IMG/VR virus record: IMGVR_UViG_3300030061_003170
Direction: 5' to 3' (one strand)
Source of the DNA: a virus
Length of the DNA: 64,000 nucleotides
Shown: one piece after another, positions 1 through 8,012 of the stretch
How the letters are laid out: each line of letters starts with the position of its first letter
Numbering within the stretch: position 1 is the stretch's first letter
Translations under genes and position numbers: made by a program
The notes under the pieces: generated by a model
What the model was told of the DNA's origin: nothing
Seen by the model: only the letters and a program-made list of their open reading frames with translations
Database searches by the model: none

Positions 1-227
1 AGATCAGTGTAGCCACCAATAAACTCTTCGGTGTTCTTCTCATCATTATAAACACTTATCATTGGCACTGTTGGCCAACGATTGTTTTTTAGGCTATGAG
101 CCTCTCGTAAAGACTGATTGCCTGAGACATCTATTATCTCAACGCTATGCTTGCGCTTCAATAATTCCTCTACTGCTTTCTTGCAAAAGCCACAATCGCC
201 CTTGAATACAACTTTGAACTTTGTCAT
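1..227 (-). CDS. Glutaredoxin (3'-truncated by window edge; absent from ORF track)
   Basis: Manual translation MTKFKVVFKGDCGFCKKA...WPTVPMI...FIGGYTDL has CxxC, TVP and GGYTDL glutaredoxin motifs. Confidence 0.85.
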   Translation of the reverse strand, partial: MTKFKVVFKGDCGFCKKAVEELLKRKHSVEIIDVSGNQSLREAHSLKNNRWPTVPMISVYNDEKNTEEFIGGYTD

Positions 228-493
228 CCTTTTAATAATCCTCTATTTTTTATTCTTCTGCTTAGTGAACCCGGGTCACCAACCACAACGTGCTGTCGTG
301 GCTCTGCATAACCAGTTGAAACAACAACTCTTGAGTATTTTGCCTGTGGTGCGAGGCCAATGGCTTGCGACTCTCTTATTACTTCTTGGCTTGGCGGCTC
401 TTCGGTTATTGATAAGATCCAGTCTGGGTTGACGTAGAATTCTTTGAGACGGTATCTGCCGTCCTCTTTTACAATTTCAACCAAACTAACCAT
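224..493 (-). CDS. Hypothetical protein (FlbD-like FYVNPDWILSITE segment)
   Basis: ORF; likely start MVSLVE at 493 with GAGGTG SD; ATGA overlap with glutaredoxin. Confidence 0.6.
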   Translation of the reverse strand: MVSLVEIVKEDGRYRLKEFYVNPDWILSITEEPPSQEVIRESQAIGLAPQAKYSRVVVSTGYAEPRQHVVVGDPGSLSRRIKNRGLLKG

Positions 494-725
494 AGCACAC
501 CTCTTTTTTGTTCTCTGCAAAGTATCTTATCTCTCTATTCTCGATCTCCCAAATCTTTGAGTCGATCATGACCCTGCTGTAACCTCTTTTGTTTTGACCA
601 GCATAAACACCAATCTGAGGTTTTGCAGTTACACTTATTGGAGAGAACAGGTTGTCATTCTCGGACCACTTCCGGTGCAGGACTGTCCCCTGCGGAATCC
701 ATACTAGGTCTCCCTTCTCGTACAT
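486..725 (-). CDS. Small KOW/SH3-like hypothetical protein
   Basis: MYEKGDLVWI N-terminus, GGAG SD. Confidence 0.6.
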   Translation of the reverse strand: MYEKGDLVWIPQGTVLHRKWSENDNLFSPISVTAKPQIGVYAGQNKRGYSRVMIDSKIWEIENREIRYFAENKKEVCYG

Positions 726-1002
726 CTTCATCTCCTGTATAAAAATCTATTAGCCCAGTCAAGATTGACTGTACATCATTGAGGATCGCATCGGCATCAG
801 CAATCTCTAGTCGTGTACTGTCAATCTTAGAATTAACTAGGTTTAAAGTATTAGAATCACCATCGCTTTCAACTATTGTTTCGAGGTTTTTTTCCAAAAC
901 GTCAATGCCTTGTTTCAATTTGATGATCGATCTAATTGTCAAGTCTCTCAATTCGCTTGGAACATCATCCAGTTCCACGCCATAAGATATTCTAACTCTC
1001 AT
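655..1002 (-). CDS. Hypothetical coiled-coil protein
   Basis: ORF with GGAGG SD downstream of sigma70-like promoter. Confidence 0.65.
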   Translation of the reverse strand: MRVRISYGVELDDVPSELRDLTIRSIIKLKQGIDVLEKNLETIVESDGDSNTLNLVNSKIDSTRLEIADADAILNDVQSILTGLIDFYTGDEDVREGRPSMDSAGDSPAPEVVRE

Positions 1003-1023
1003 TTTTCCTCCAGTTATAAATGT

Positions 1024-1052
1024 AATATAACCGATTAGTAATTGTCTGTCAA
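1024..1052 (-). promoter_or_regulatory. sigma70-type promoter
   Basis: TTGACA-17bp-TATATT on minus strand. Confidence 0.75.
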
Positions 1053-1056
1053 GTAT

Positions 1057-1320
1057 TTATTGGAAGATTCCCAAATAAATAGAGTTTATGACCAAGCCAG
1101 TGACAGCAAGGCCAACGGTCCAGATAACTCTAGATACACTGGCTTGCCATTGCTCTAAGTCTCTAAGGCGAGCATAGAGTCCTTGATCAGGGTTATAAAT
1201 GGCTTCCTTGATCTTCTTAACGTCTTCGATCATTTCGTCTTGTTTGTCTGCCATTCTTTCAATTGTCATTGTCAAACGAACGATAGCATCTTTCAGTTCT
1301 TGAATCTCTTTCTCATCCAC
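1057..1320 (-). CDS. Coiled-coil plus C-terminal TM protein (XhlA/holin-like)
   Basis: GLYARLRDLEQW followed by hydrophobic C-terminal helix; late-motif variant upstream (1338-1345). Confidence 0.55.
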   Translation of the reverse strand: MDEKEIQELKDAIVRLTMTIERMADKQDEMIEDVKKIKEAIYNPDQGLYARLRDLEQWQASVSRVIWTVGLAVTGLVINSIYLGIFQ

Positions 1321-1346
1321 AATCTAACCCTCCACACTAATTAGTA

Positions 1347-2915
1347 TCAGTCCGAAACAATAGCATGCGAAGTTGTCAGTAAAGTTCCTGCTGCTGATGC
1401 AGCATTCTTCAAAGCCGAGGTTGTAACTTTACAAGGGTCGATAATACCTGACTCGTACATATTGGTTATTTTTCTTCTCAAGAAGTCATAGCCATTATCA
1501 CCTGTCTCATCTTTAATCTTTGAGACAATAATATCAGCAGACTCTCCAGCATTTGTTGCCATTTGTCTGATTGGTGCTTGGCATGCCATGAGAATAACTT
1601 GTGCCCCAATTGATTGTTCATCATTATCTGTCTCAACGAACAAGTCGGTTGTCGCACGTAACAGGGCCACGCCCCCACCCGGGAGGGTACCTAGGTCCCT
1701 TGCGGCCCTAACGGCCTCCAGTGCATCATCAATACGATGCTTCTTCTCAATCATTTCGATTTCTGTGGCTGCTCCGACTTTGATGACTGCGACTCCCGAA
1801 GCAAGTCGAGTGATACGTTCTTGAAGTCGTTCACACTCAGATAGGTTGTCAGTCTGTTGTATCTCGTTCTTAATCGCCTCAATGCGCGTATCGATCTCCT
1901 CACCATTACCTTTTCCTCCAATGATTGTTGTCCATCCTTTCATGATCCTAATGTTTTTACATCCACCAAATTGAGGTAACTCAATCTCTTTCAAGAGCAG
2001 ACCATCCTCCCTGGTGATAAATGTTGCACCAATTGTGGCGCAAAGGTCTCTAAGGATATTTCTTCTTTCTTCTCCGTACTTTGGAGACTTAACGGCACAG
2101 ATTTTCATTGTTCCACGTACAGCGTTGGCAATCAAAGCAGCAAGTGCTTGTCCTTCAAAGTCATTACCAATAATGAGAAGCGGACGGTTGTCTCTTGCTG
2201 CAATCTCTAGAGTTGGCATGATCTGATCTATTTGTTCAATCTTTTCATCAGTAACAAGAACCAGTGGGTTGTCGTAATCAACAGTCCCAGTCCTCTCGTT
2301 GTTGATAAACTTGCTAGAAACATACCCAGAATCAAATCTAAAGCCCTCAATCAAGTCAAGAGAGGTCTCCATGCTTCGTGCTTCTTCCACAAGAACAGAG
2401 CCATCCTTGCCTGCCTTATCAACTGCTGTTGCAATCAGTGTGCCAATCGCTTCATCATTATTTGCTGAGATTGTGGCAATGTGCTTAATATCATCAACTG
2501 TCTGAATTGGTCGCGACATGTCCGTCAGACGTTCGCAAACTGCTTCAACCGCCTTGTCCATACCTCTCTTCATTTCCACAGGGGAAACACCAGATACGAG
2601 GTATTGCTGTGCAGTCTTAAGGATGCTGCGCGCAAGTACAGTTGCGGTGGTTGTTCCGTCACCAGCAACGCTGACTGATTGCTCTGCCGCTTGCTTGATG
2701 ACTTGCGCACCAAGGTTCATGAACGGATCTTCGCAGGTAACAAACTTTGCTACGGTCACTCCGTCTTTTGTAATTACAGGAACGTCTTGCCCCTTGTGAT
2801 ATAATGCTACGTTACGCCCACGGGGGCCTAGGGTAGTAGCAACGTTATCTGCTAAAAGATCAACGCCCTCAATGATTTTCGCATTAAGGGGTTGACCGTT
2901 CTTAAAATGTTTCAC
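1347..2915 (-). CDS. groEL: Chaperonin GroEL
   Basis: TLGPRGRNV, ITKDGVTVAK, AGDGTTTATVLA, GGGVALLR, GIIDP motifs. Confidence 0.97.
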   Translation of the reverse strand: MKHFKNGQPLNAKIIEGVDLLADNVATTLGPRGRNVALYHKGQDVPVITKDGVTVAKFVTCEDPFMNLGAQVIKQAAEQSVSVAGDGTTTATVLARSILKTAQQYLVSGVSPVEMKRGMDKAVEAVCERLTDMSRPIQTVDDIKHIATISANNDEAIGTLIATAVDKAGKDGSVLVEEARSMETSLDLIEGFRFDSGYVSSKFINNERTGTVDYDNPLVLVTDEKIEQIDQIMPTLEIAARDNRPLLIIGNDFEGQALAALIANAVRGTMKICAVKSPKYGEERRNILRDLCATIGATFITREDGLLLKEIELPQFGGCKNIRIMKGWTTIIGGKGNGEEIDTRIEAIKNEIQQTDNLSECERLQERITRLASGVAVIKVGAATEIEMIEKKHRIDDALEAVRAARDLGTLPGGGVALLRATTDLFVETDNDEQSIGAQVILMACQAPIRQMATNAGESADIIVSKIKDETGDNGYDFLRRKITNMYESGIIDPCKVTTSALKNAASAAGTLLTTSHAIVSD

Positions 2916-2929
2916 TTTTCCTCCAAAGG

Positions 2930-4159
2930 TTATTTCTCTTTACTTATTATAACCTCTTCTATGAGTTTGTCAAGGGAAAAGTGTAACTTTTTTTCTTTTT
3001 GTTCCATTACACCATCAGCAACTTTATCATCACATGATCCAACACTGAATGCTTTGAAAGTAAAATCAGAGCCAGAACTTAAGTGGTCCTGTAATTGATC
3101 AAAGTTTTCTCTCTCAAGTGTTGATATATAACTAACAATCAGTTGCTTCATTTGTCCATACCAAGCATCGAGGACAGAGAGAGAATCGAACACCTCTTGC
3201 ATTTCGCTACGAAGTGCATTGTTAAAACTCTCTGGGGTTAACAGAGATTGCAATTCGTAAGTTGCTTTCTCTGCAACATCAGGGTCATTGCTTGACAGCA
3301 CGTTATTCAGAGAGTCTATGTCATAATACTCAACTCCCTTAACTTCCTGTGGTATTGCCGAGCCGATGATGTCAGCCTTAGTGATCTTGTAAGCGTTGAT
3401 TGAAATGTCACCACCACTACCAACAAATGAAAGATAATAAAGTCCCCCATCGTTTATTGGATCAGTAGGTGGGTTAATAAATTTTCTATCTTCACTCTTT
3501 GCTACAGTAGAGTTACGTATGGTGCGGTGACCTTTGTCCAGCGGCATTGAGTAAGGTATTGATAGGGTCTCCAATAAGTTACCAAAAGAACCTCCGAGTT
3601 TTGACTTGGCCTTTACTTTAAGTGAGACACCAACTCTGAGGCCTCCACGTTCGACGATGATGTCTTCAACACCACCAGTACGTGAGGGAACAGTCTGGCC
3701 ACCCATAAGAGTTGCCATATAAGCCTCGTTTACATAACCACCAGCAGACCTATTGAACTGCTCAGTGATTGAAATCAAACCAGCAGATAAAGCAATCTTT
3801 GACATCAATCCGCCAAGGCTTGAACAACGCTCGCTCAAGACCTCTTGAGACTTAAAATCAAAGAAACTAAACGAATCAACCAAAGATTGAGCAGAAGACA
3901 AGTCAATACTGACATTCGCGCTAGACATCAGGGTGTTTAATGCTGCACTGGATGATTTGAGAATCTTATCTGATTCAGTTCCAGTAACAAGAATGTCTGC
4001 TATCTCTGCTAAGTCAAGCCCAAGATTGTCCATACTCTTTGGCGCTGCTGCTTTCTTCTCAACACCACCTTTCTCTTCCTCGTTAAGGACGGGGCTTTTG
4101 TGAAGTTCGCGCTTTTCTGCTAGCAATTTATCAACTAATTCATCCAGAATGCTTCTCAT
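2930..4159 (-). CDS. Hypothetical protein, possible PD-(D/E)XK-like fold
   Basis: 409-aa ORF; GYVNEAY...EDII...VSLK pattern. Confidence 0.6.
   Translation of the reverse strand: MRSILDELVDKLLAEKRELHKSPVLNEEEKGGVEKKAAAPKSMDNLGLDLAEIADILVTGTESDKILKSSSAALNTLMSSANVSIDLSSAQSLVDSFSFFDFKSQEVLSERCSSLGGLMSKIALSAGLISITEQFNRSAGGYVNEAYMATLMGGQTVPSRTGGVEDIIVERGGLRVGVSLKVKAKSKLGGSFGNLLETLSIPYSMPLDKGHRTIRNSTVAKSEDRKFINPPTDPINDGGLYYLSFVGSGGDISINAYKITKADIIGSAIPQEVKGVEYYDIDSLNNVLSSNDPDVAEKATYELQSLLTPESFNNALRSEMQEVFDSLSVLDAWYGQMKQLIVSYISTLERENFDQLQDHLSSGSDFTFKAFSVGSCDDKVADGVMEQKEKKLHFSLDKLIEEVIISKEK
2946..2973 (-). promoter_or_regulatory. sigma70-type promoter for groEL, inside upstream CDS
   Basis: TTGACA-16bp-TATAAT. 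Confidence 0.7.
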
Positions 4160-5049
4160 TTAATGTCCTCCAATAACTTTTTAATGTCCAAACCAGCACA
4201 ATCTATCTTTCGATTGGTCAAATGATAGTGGCTTACAAAGCCTTCAAATCTTCCATCAGCCACCGGTTTACTTACTTTGGTACTAGTGTTGCCTTTTCTA
4301 TCCAAAGGGGCCTTCAGGGGGATTCCTGTGGCTGTATGGACGGCTTTCATTAGTGCTTGCAGTGCTTGAAGTTGAACTGGGTAGAAACCAAGGTGAGTCT
4401 CCAGTTTTTTACCATGAACCATAGCATCTCTGACCACTGGTCTTTCTCCGAAACCTTTTCTCTTGTACCAATCTTGATACTTTGGATAGAAAGCGTTAGC
4501 AATCTCAACACCAACAGAAGCATTGTTCCATTTGCGAGAACCAGCATGGTAAGCAACATCATTCATGTCCATGAATTGATAGATGGTTCCATCGTTGTCA
4601 ATGGCGAAGTGAACAGAGATGCCTCTCTTCTTCAGTACTTTAAAGCAAGTCTCGGAAGAAAGGCAAACGTCCCAATGACACACGAAAAACTTTGGGTCTC
4701 TCTTCTGTGTCATCTTTCTGAAGCCTTTGGTCAACTTGTAACCATCGCCCTCAAAGAAAAGACGGACGTTTGGCCATTCAATCGGTAGATAGTCTGAGTT
4801 ATAGACAATGAAAGACTCTCTGTTCTGCTTCATTGACTTTGGCTGATAGTCTTCGAGGTTAGCCACTCTATCGTTGTAAACACGTCGATAGGTGGTAGGA
4901 CCCATAAGGCCATCTGCCGTTAGATTATGCTCTTTTTGGAACTTTATGATAGCATTGATGAGATCCTCATCAAAATCATCGCAACCAAACCACTCAGGTG
5001 TCCACCCAAGTTTTGCAGCAGAGCCTTCATTGTAAAAAACCTTATCCAT
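4156..5049 (-). CDS. Endolysin: peptidoglycan-binding domain plus N-acetylmuramoyl-L-alanine amidase
   Basis: FQKEHNLTADGLMGPTT PG-binding motif; VCHWD, SVHFAID, AYHAG, SVGVEIA, SHYH, KIDC amidase_2 motifs. Confidence 0.9.
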   Translation of the reverse strand: MDKVFYNEGSAAKLGWTPEWFGCDDFDEDLINAIIKFQKEHNLTADGLMGPTTYRRVYNDRVANLEDYQPKSMKQNRESFIVYNSDYLPIEWPNVRLFFEGDGYKLTKGFRKMTQKRDPKFFVCHWDVCLSSETCFKVLKKRGISVHFAIDNDGTIYQFMDMNDVAYHAGSRKWNNASVGVEIANAFYPKYQDWYKRKGFGERPVVRDAMVHGKKLETHLGFYPVQLQALQALMKAVHTATGIPLKAPLDRKGNTSTKVSKPVADGRFEGFVSHYHLTNRKIDCAGLDIKKLLEDIK

Positions 5050-5720
5050 CAGTAAACCTCGTCAGCCAAGCCTTTCTCAATGGCTTCTTCAGCGCTTAGA
5101 TACACGTTAACCTTTCTGTTAATTAGGCTTTGAATTTGCTTTTTGCTCATCTCAGTCTCATCAGACATAGCCTGAATGTAAGATTCTTGCAGTAGGTTCA
5201 TTTGCTCAAGTTCATTTTTGATTGAATGTAACTCTCCCATAGAACCGCCGGCCACAGAGTGAATCATAATTCTTGTATGTGCCCCAACTCTACGATGCCC
5301 TTTCGTTCCACAAGCCAACATCAGCGTTCCTGCCGACATTACCTTTCCAAGGCCAATAGTTTCAATAACGACACCCTGGGCTTTAATGTGGTTTATTACA
5401 TCATAAATTGCAAACATCTCGTCTGCTGCTCCACCATAAGTTGAGACATAAAGTTTGATGGGGTCAATTTCACCCTCTGAGTTCTTTTGTTTTGATAGAA
5501 CGAGTAGGGCTGTGATAATTTCTGCACCTCTTTCTTCGTTCAAGTCTCCACTGAAATAGATTGATCGAGCCTCAGGATTTTCTTCAGCGGCTCCTGCTAA
5601 TAATGTCAATAAGTCGGCTGCAGTTGCTTCCTCTGACTCTTCCACTTCTTCCACTTCCGGTGGTACTTCTTTTTCTTTATCTTTTTTAGTTTTCTTTGTC
5701 TTCTTAGTAACCTTTGTCAT
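5049..5720 (-). CDS. clpP: ClpP-family serine protease
   Basis: LYVSTYGG, GKVMSAGT, IMIHS, YLSAEEAIEKGLADEV; start MTKV at 5720 with SD. Confidence 0.9.
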   Translation of the reverse strand: MTKVTKKTKKTKKDKEKEVPPEVEEVEESEEATAADLLTLLAGAAEENPEARSIYFSGDLNEERGAEIITALLVLSKQKNSEGEIDPIKLYVSTYGGAADEMFAIYDVINHIKAQGVVIETIGLGKVMSAGTLMLACGTKGHRRVGAHTRIMIHSVAGGSMGELHSIKNELEQMNLLQESYIQAMSDETEMSKKQIQSLINRKVNVYLSAEEAIEKGLADEVY

Positions 5721-5747
5721 TTTAACTCCCGTGTTTGACAATTTCAC

Positions 5748-5777
5748 AAAATAAAAAGGAGAGGATTGCTCCTCTCC
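5748..5777 (-). terminator. Intrinsic terminator overlapping downstream promoter start site
   Basis: GGAGAGGA-GCAA-TCCTCTCC stem then TTTTTATTTT. Confidence 0.75.
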
Positions 5778-5779
5778 CT

Positions 5780-5807
5780 ATTATAACACATATTTAAGGG
5801 GTGTCAA
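5780..5807 (-). promoter_or_regulatory. sigma70-type promoter
   Basis: TTGACA-16bp-TATAAT with TGT extended -10. Confidence 0.75.
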
Positions 5808-5814
5808 GTGATAA

Positions 5815-6348
5815 TCACTTGTTTCCAAGAGCGCGGTTAAGTCTTCTTTGTGCTCTTTTGGCTTCGTTGAGACGACGTGCAACTCGACGTGCAACTTCCT
5901 CAACAACTTCTTTTCGGCTTGGCTCTACAGAAACACCTTCGAGCATGTCTTCAGGCATCTCAGGCTCAGGCATATCCATTGCATCCTCAGCGCCAGCCAA
6001 TTCAGCATCGGCCTCCATGTCATCCATTTCAGCATCAGCGCCCATGATTCCCTCAAGTTTCTTGCCAAGTTCAATCAAAACTCGTGCTTCTTCCTCAGTG
6101 AGGTCAAGATCGCCACTAGGTGCATCCATTTCTGGTTCCATTTCTGGTGCATCCATTGGTTCCATATCCATCTCTTCTTTTTCTTCTTCGTGCATATCTT
6201 CTTTCATTTCATGCTTTTCTTCGTCCATGTGAGCACCTTCTTCAAGGTCCTCATCTTTCTTGGCATAAGCCATTTCGTTTACGACAGGCATGTTGGCAAG
6301 TGATTGAAAGCGACGGATTTGTGCTTCTGATAATAATTTCTTAGACAT
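5815..6348 (-). CDS. Acidic scaffold-like/internal head protein
   Basis: Start MSKKLLSE with AAGGAG SD; late motif upstream; E/D/M-rich like the scaffold. Confidence 0.6.
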   Translation of the reverse strand: MSKKLLSEAQIRRFQSLANMPVVNEMAYAKKDEDLEEGAHMDEEKHEMKEDMHEEEKEEMDMEPMDAPEMEPEMDAPSGDLDLTEEEARVLIELGKKLEGIMGADAEMDDMEADAELAGAEDAMDMPEPEMPEDMLEGVSVEPSRKEVVEEVARRVARRLNEAKRAQRRLNRALGNK

Positions 6349-6417
6349 AACAGTAATTCTCCTTATATTATGTGTTACTGACATAAATAGAACTTAAAAA
6401 AGAAAAAAGACTCTCTT

Positions 6418-6741
6418 TCACAGTTCTGGGTGCTCTTTTGCTATGATGTCAAAGATGTTATCAATTTCATCGTCACCTAAGCCAAGTTTATTTACCAATT
6501 CTTCGCCCTGGTTTCTTTCGGAGCGGATTCTTGATCTTGCTTTCTTTTGCCTAGCGGTGCCTTTCTTGTCTTTGTAATCCTCGATAAAATCCTCAATGAG
6601 GTCTTCTCTTTCAATTACTGCTTCCACACAGGCTCGGAAGAACTCAGATTGAGACATAGAGTGATACTCCATTCTCAACTTAAACTGAGCATGGTACTCT
6701 TCCTTGCCATAGAATGTGAACTTCTTTTTGTATTCAGACAT
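6418..6741 (-). CDS. Ribbon-helix-helix-like DNA-binding protein
   Basis: KKFTFY...HAQFKLR...SQSEFFRACV pattern. Confidence 0.55.
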   Translation of the reverse strand: MSEYKKKFTFYGKEEYHAQFKLRMEYHSMSQSEFFRACVEAVIEREDLIEDFIEDYKDKKGTARQKKARSRIRSERNQGEELVNKLGLGDDEIDNIFDIIAKEHPEL

Positions 6742-7202
6742 TATGAGCCAGTAGAGCCAAACCCGCCTTCTCCTCTGTCGGAAATGCAGACTGGTCGATT
6801 ATAAATAGTACCACTTGGCTCTTCTTGACACTGAAAATGATAAACAGGCAATAAAACTAGTTGGGCTATCTTATCGCCAGGCGCTATCATTTGAGGCCTC
6901 ATACTTACATTATGGAGATTTATGAAAACTTCTCCGCTGTAGCCGGGATCAATTACACATGCTCCAACAAGCAGTTGTTTCTTTGATGCCATTGAGGATC
7001 TGTTCTTGACTTCCAGCATAAAACCATGTGGAACTTCAAACCTTAGTCCCGTCTCTAGAACTACAGATTCTCCTGGTCCAACGGTTAGTGGAGAAGAATC
7101 TGCTGTCGAAGGACAATAGAACACGTCAAGCCCGGCATCAGAGGGATTTGATCGAGAGGGTGCTTTCACACCCAATCTGGTTTTTTCATACCTCAGGATC
7201 AT
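6741..7202 (-). CDS. dut: dUTPase
   Basis: AGLD, RSS, VIDPGYSGE, IAQL, RGEGGFGSTG; true start MILRYE at 7202 with GGAGG. Confidence 0.95.
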   Translation of the reverse strand: MILRYEKTRLGVKAPSRSNPSDAGLDVFYCPSTADSSPLTVGPGESVVLETGLRFEVPHGFMLEVKNRSSMASKKQLLVGACVIDPGYSGEVFINLHNVSMRPQMIAPGDKIAQLVLLPVYHFQCQEEPSGTIYNRPVCISDRGEGGFGSTGS

Positions 7203-7431
7203 TTGTTTCCTCCGATGGCATGGATTTAAGCAAAGAATCAAACTTAATAAATGCTGTTCGCAAATGATTAAGAGATGTTTCGTATTGCTCTTTAGACATT
7301 TCTCCAAACTCTTCAGCCTGGTATGCTCCAAGATAAGCATTGAATGTCTCAGACAAAGCAAATGCTGCTACGGCAAGATCTGCCTTTGTCAGGCGGAGTG
7401 TATCCTCCGCATTTTCATTAGTTACTTCCAT
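7186..7431 (-). CDS. Hypothetical protein
   Basis: ORF coupled to neighbours. Confidence 0.6.
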   Translation of the reverse strand: MEVTNENAEDTLRLTKADLAVAAFALSETFNAYLGAYQAEEFGEMSKEQYETSLNHLRTAFIKFDSLLKSMPSEETNDPEV

Positions 7432-7640
7432 TATGAAACCCCCATGCTCATTGATGCTGCACGTTGAATGTAATCAACTGCTGCTTCGATTGATGTAAAT
7501 TTTGTGGTGATTGCTTTGCCATTAGAGTAAATAACAGCACAACTGTGCATAGAATCTGACCAGAACTCTACGTGACCAATACTATCTGTATTAATCGCTA
7601 TTATTTCATTTTTTTGATTTTTTATCGTAATAAATCTCAT
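7431..7640 (-). CDS. Hypothetical protein
   Basis: ORF with GGAGG SD, ATGA overlap. Confidence 0.6.
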   Translation of the reverse strand: MRFITIKNQKNEIIAINTDSIGHVEFWSDSMHSCAVIYSNGKAITTKFTSIEAAVDYIQRAASMSMGVS

Positions 7641-7936
7641 TTTCCCTCCTTTTTTCTAAGTGATTCGTAGATGTCAATCAGTTGGTCAAGATCTACTTCT
7701 GTCTTCAGTAGACGATAAGCCTTTACTGTGAGGCTGATGTCTTCTTTTGTTAGCCAACCATTTTCAATGTAGTTGCCTTTTAGTTCTCGCTTCTGCTCTT
7801 TGTAAGGTTCCATAGCCTCTTCAAGTGCTTTTATTGATGCAATGTAGTCAGCCATATGCTGTTCTTTGCTTTTCTCTTCTTCTACTTGCTGATGCATTGC
7901 GACTACGTTCTGTAATCCTCTCTCAAATCTAGTCAT
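7637..7936 (-). CDS. GapR/DUF2312- or T4 DsbA-like DNA-binding protein
   Basis: YIASIKALEE...KEQKRELK...G...ISLTVK..LLK pattern. Confidence 0.55.
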   Translation of the reverse strand: MTRFERGLQNVVAMHQQVEEEKSKEQHMADYIASIKALEEAMEPYKEQKRELKGNYIENGWLTKEDISLTVKAYRLLKTEVDLDQLIDIYESLRKKEGK

Positions 7937-7967
7937 TTTCACCTCCTGTTTTTTTGACTATAATATT

Positions 7968-7999
7968 AATGTAACATACCCTCGACAATTTGTCAAGGG
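7968..7999 (-). promoter_or_regulatory. sigma70-type promoter with inverted repeat over the -35
   Basis: TTGACA-17-TACATT; CCCTCGACAA/TTGTCAAGGG inverted repeat. Confidence 0.7.
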
Positions 8000-8012
8000 C
8001 TTTTTGTTACTT

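Noticed and set aside
7203-7361. N-terminal extension of dUTPase (similar extensions on ORFs ending at 13143, 31100, 47647, 52092 and 60061)
   Set aside because: These overlap upstream genes or promoters; internal ATGs have proper SD sequences
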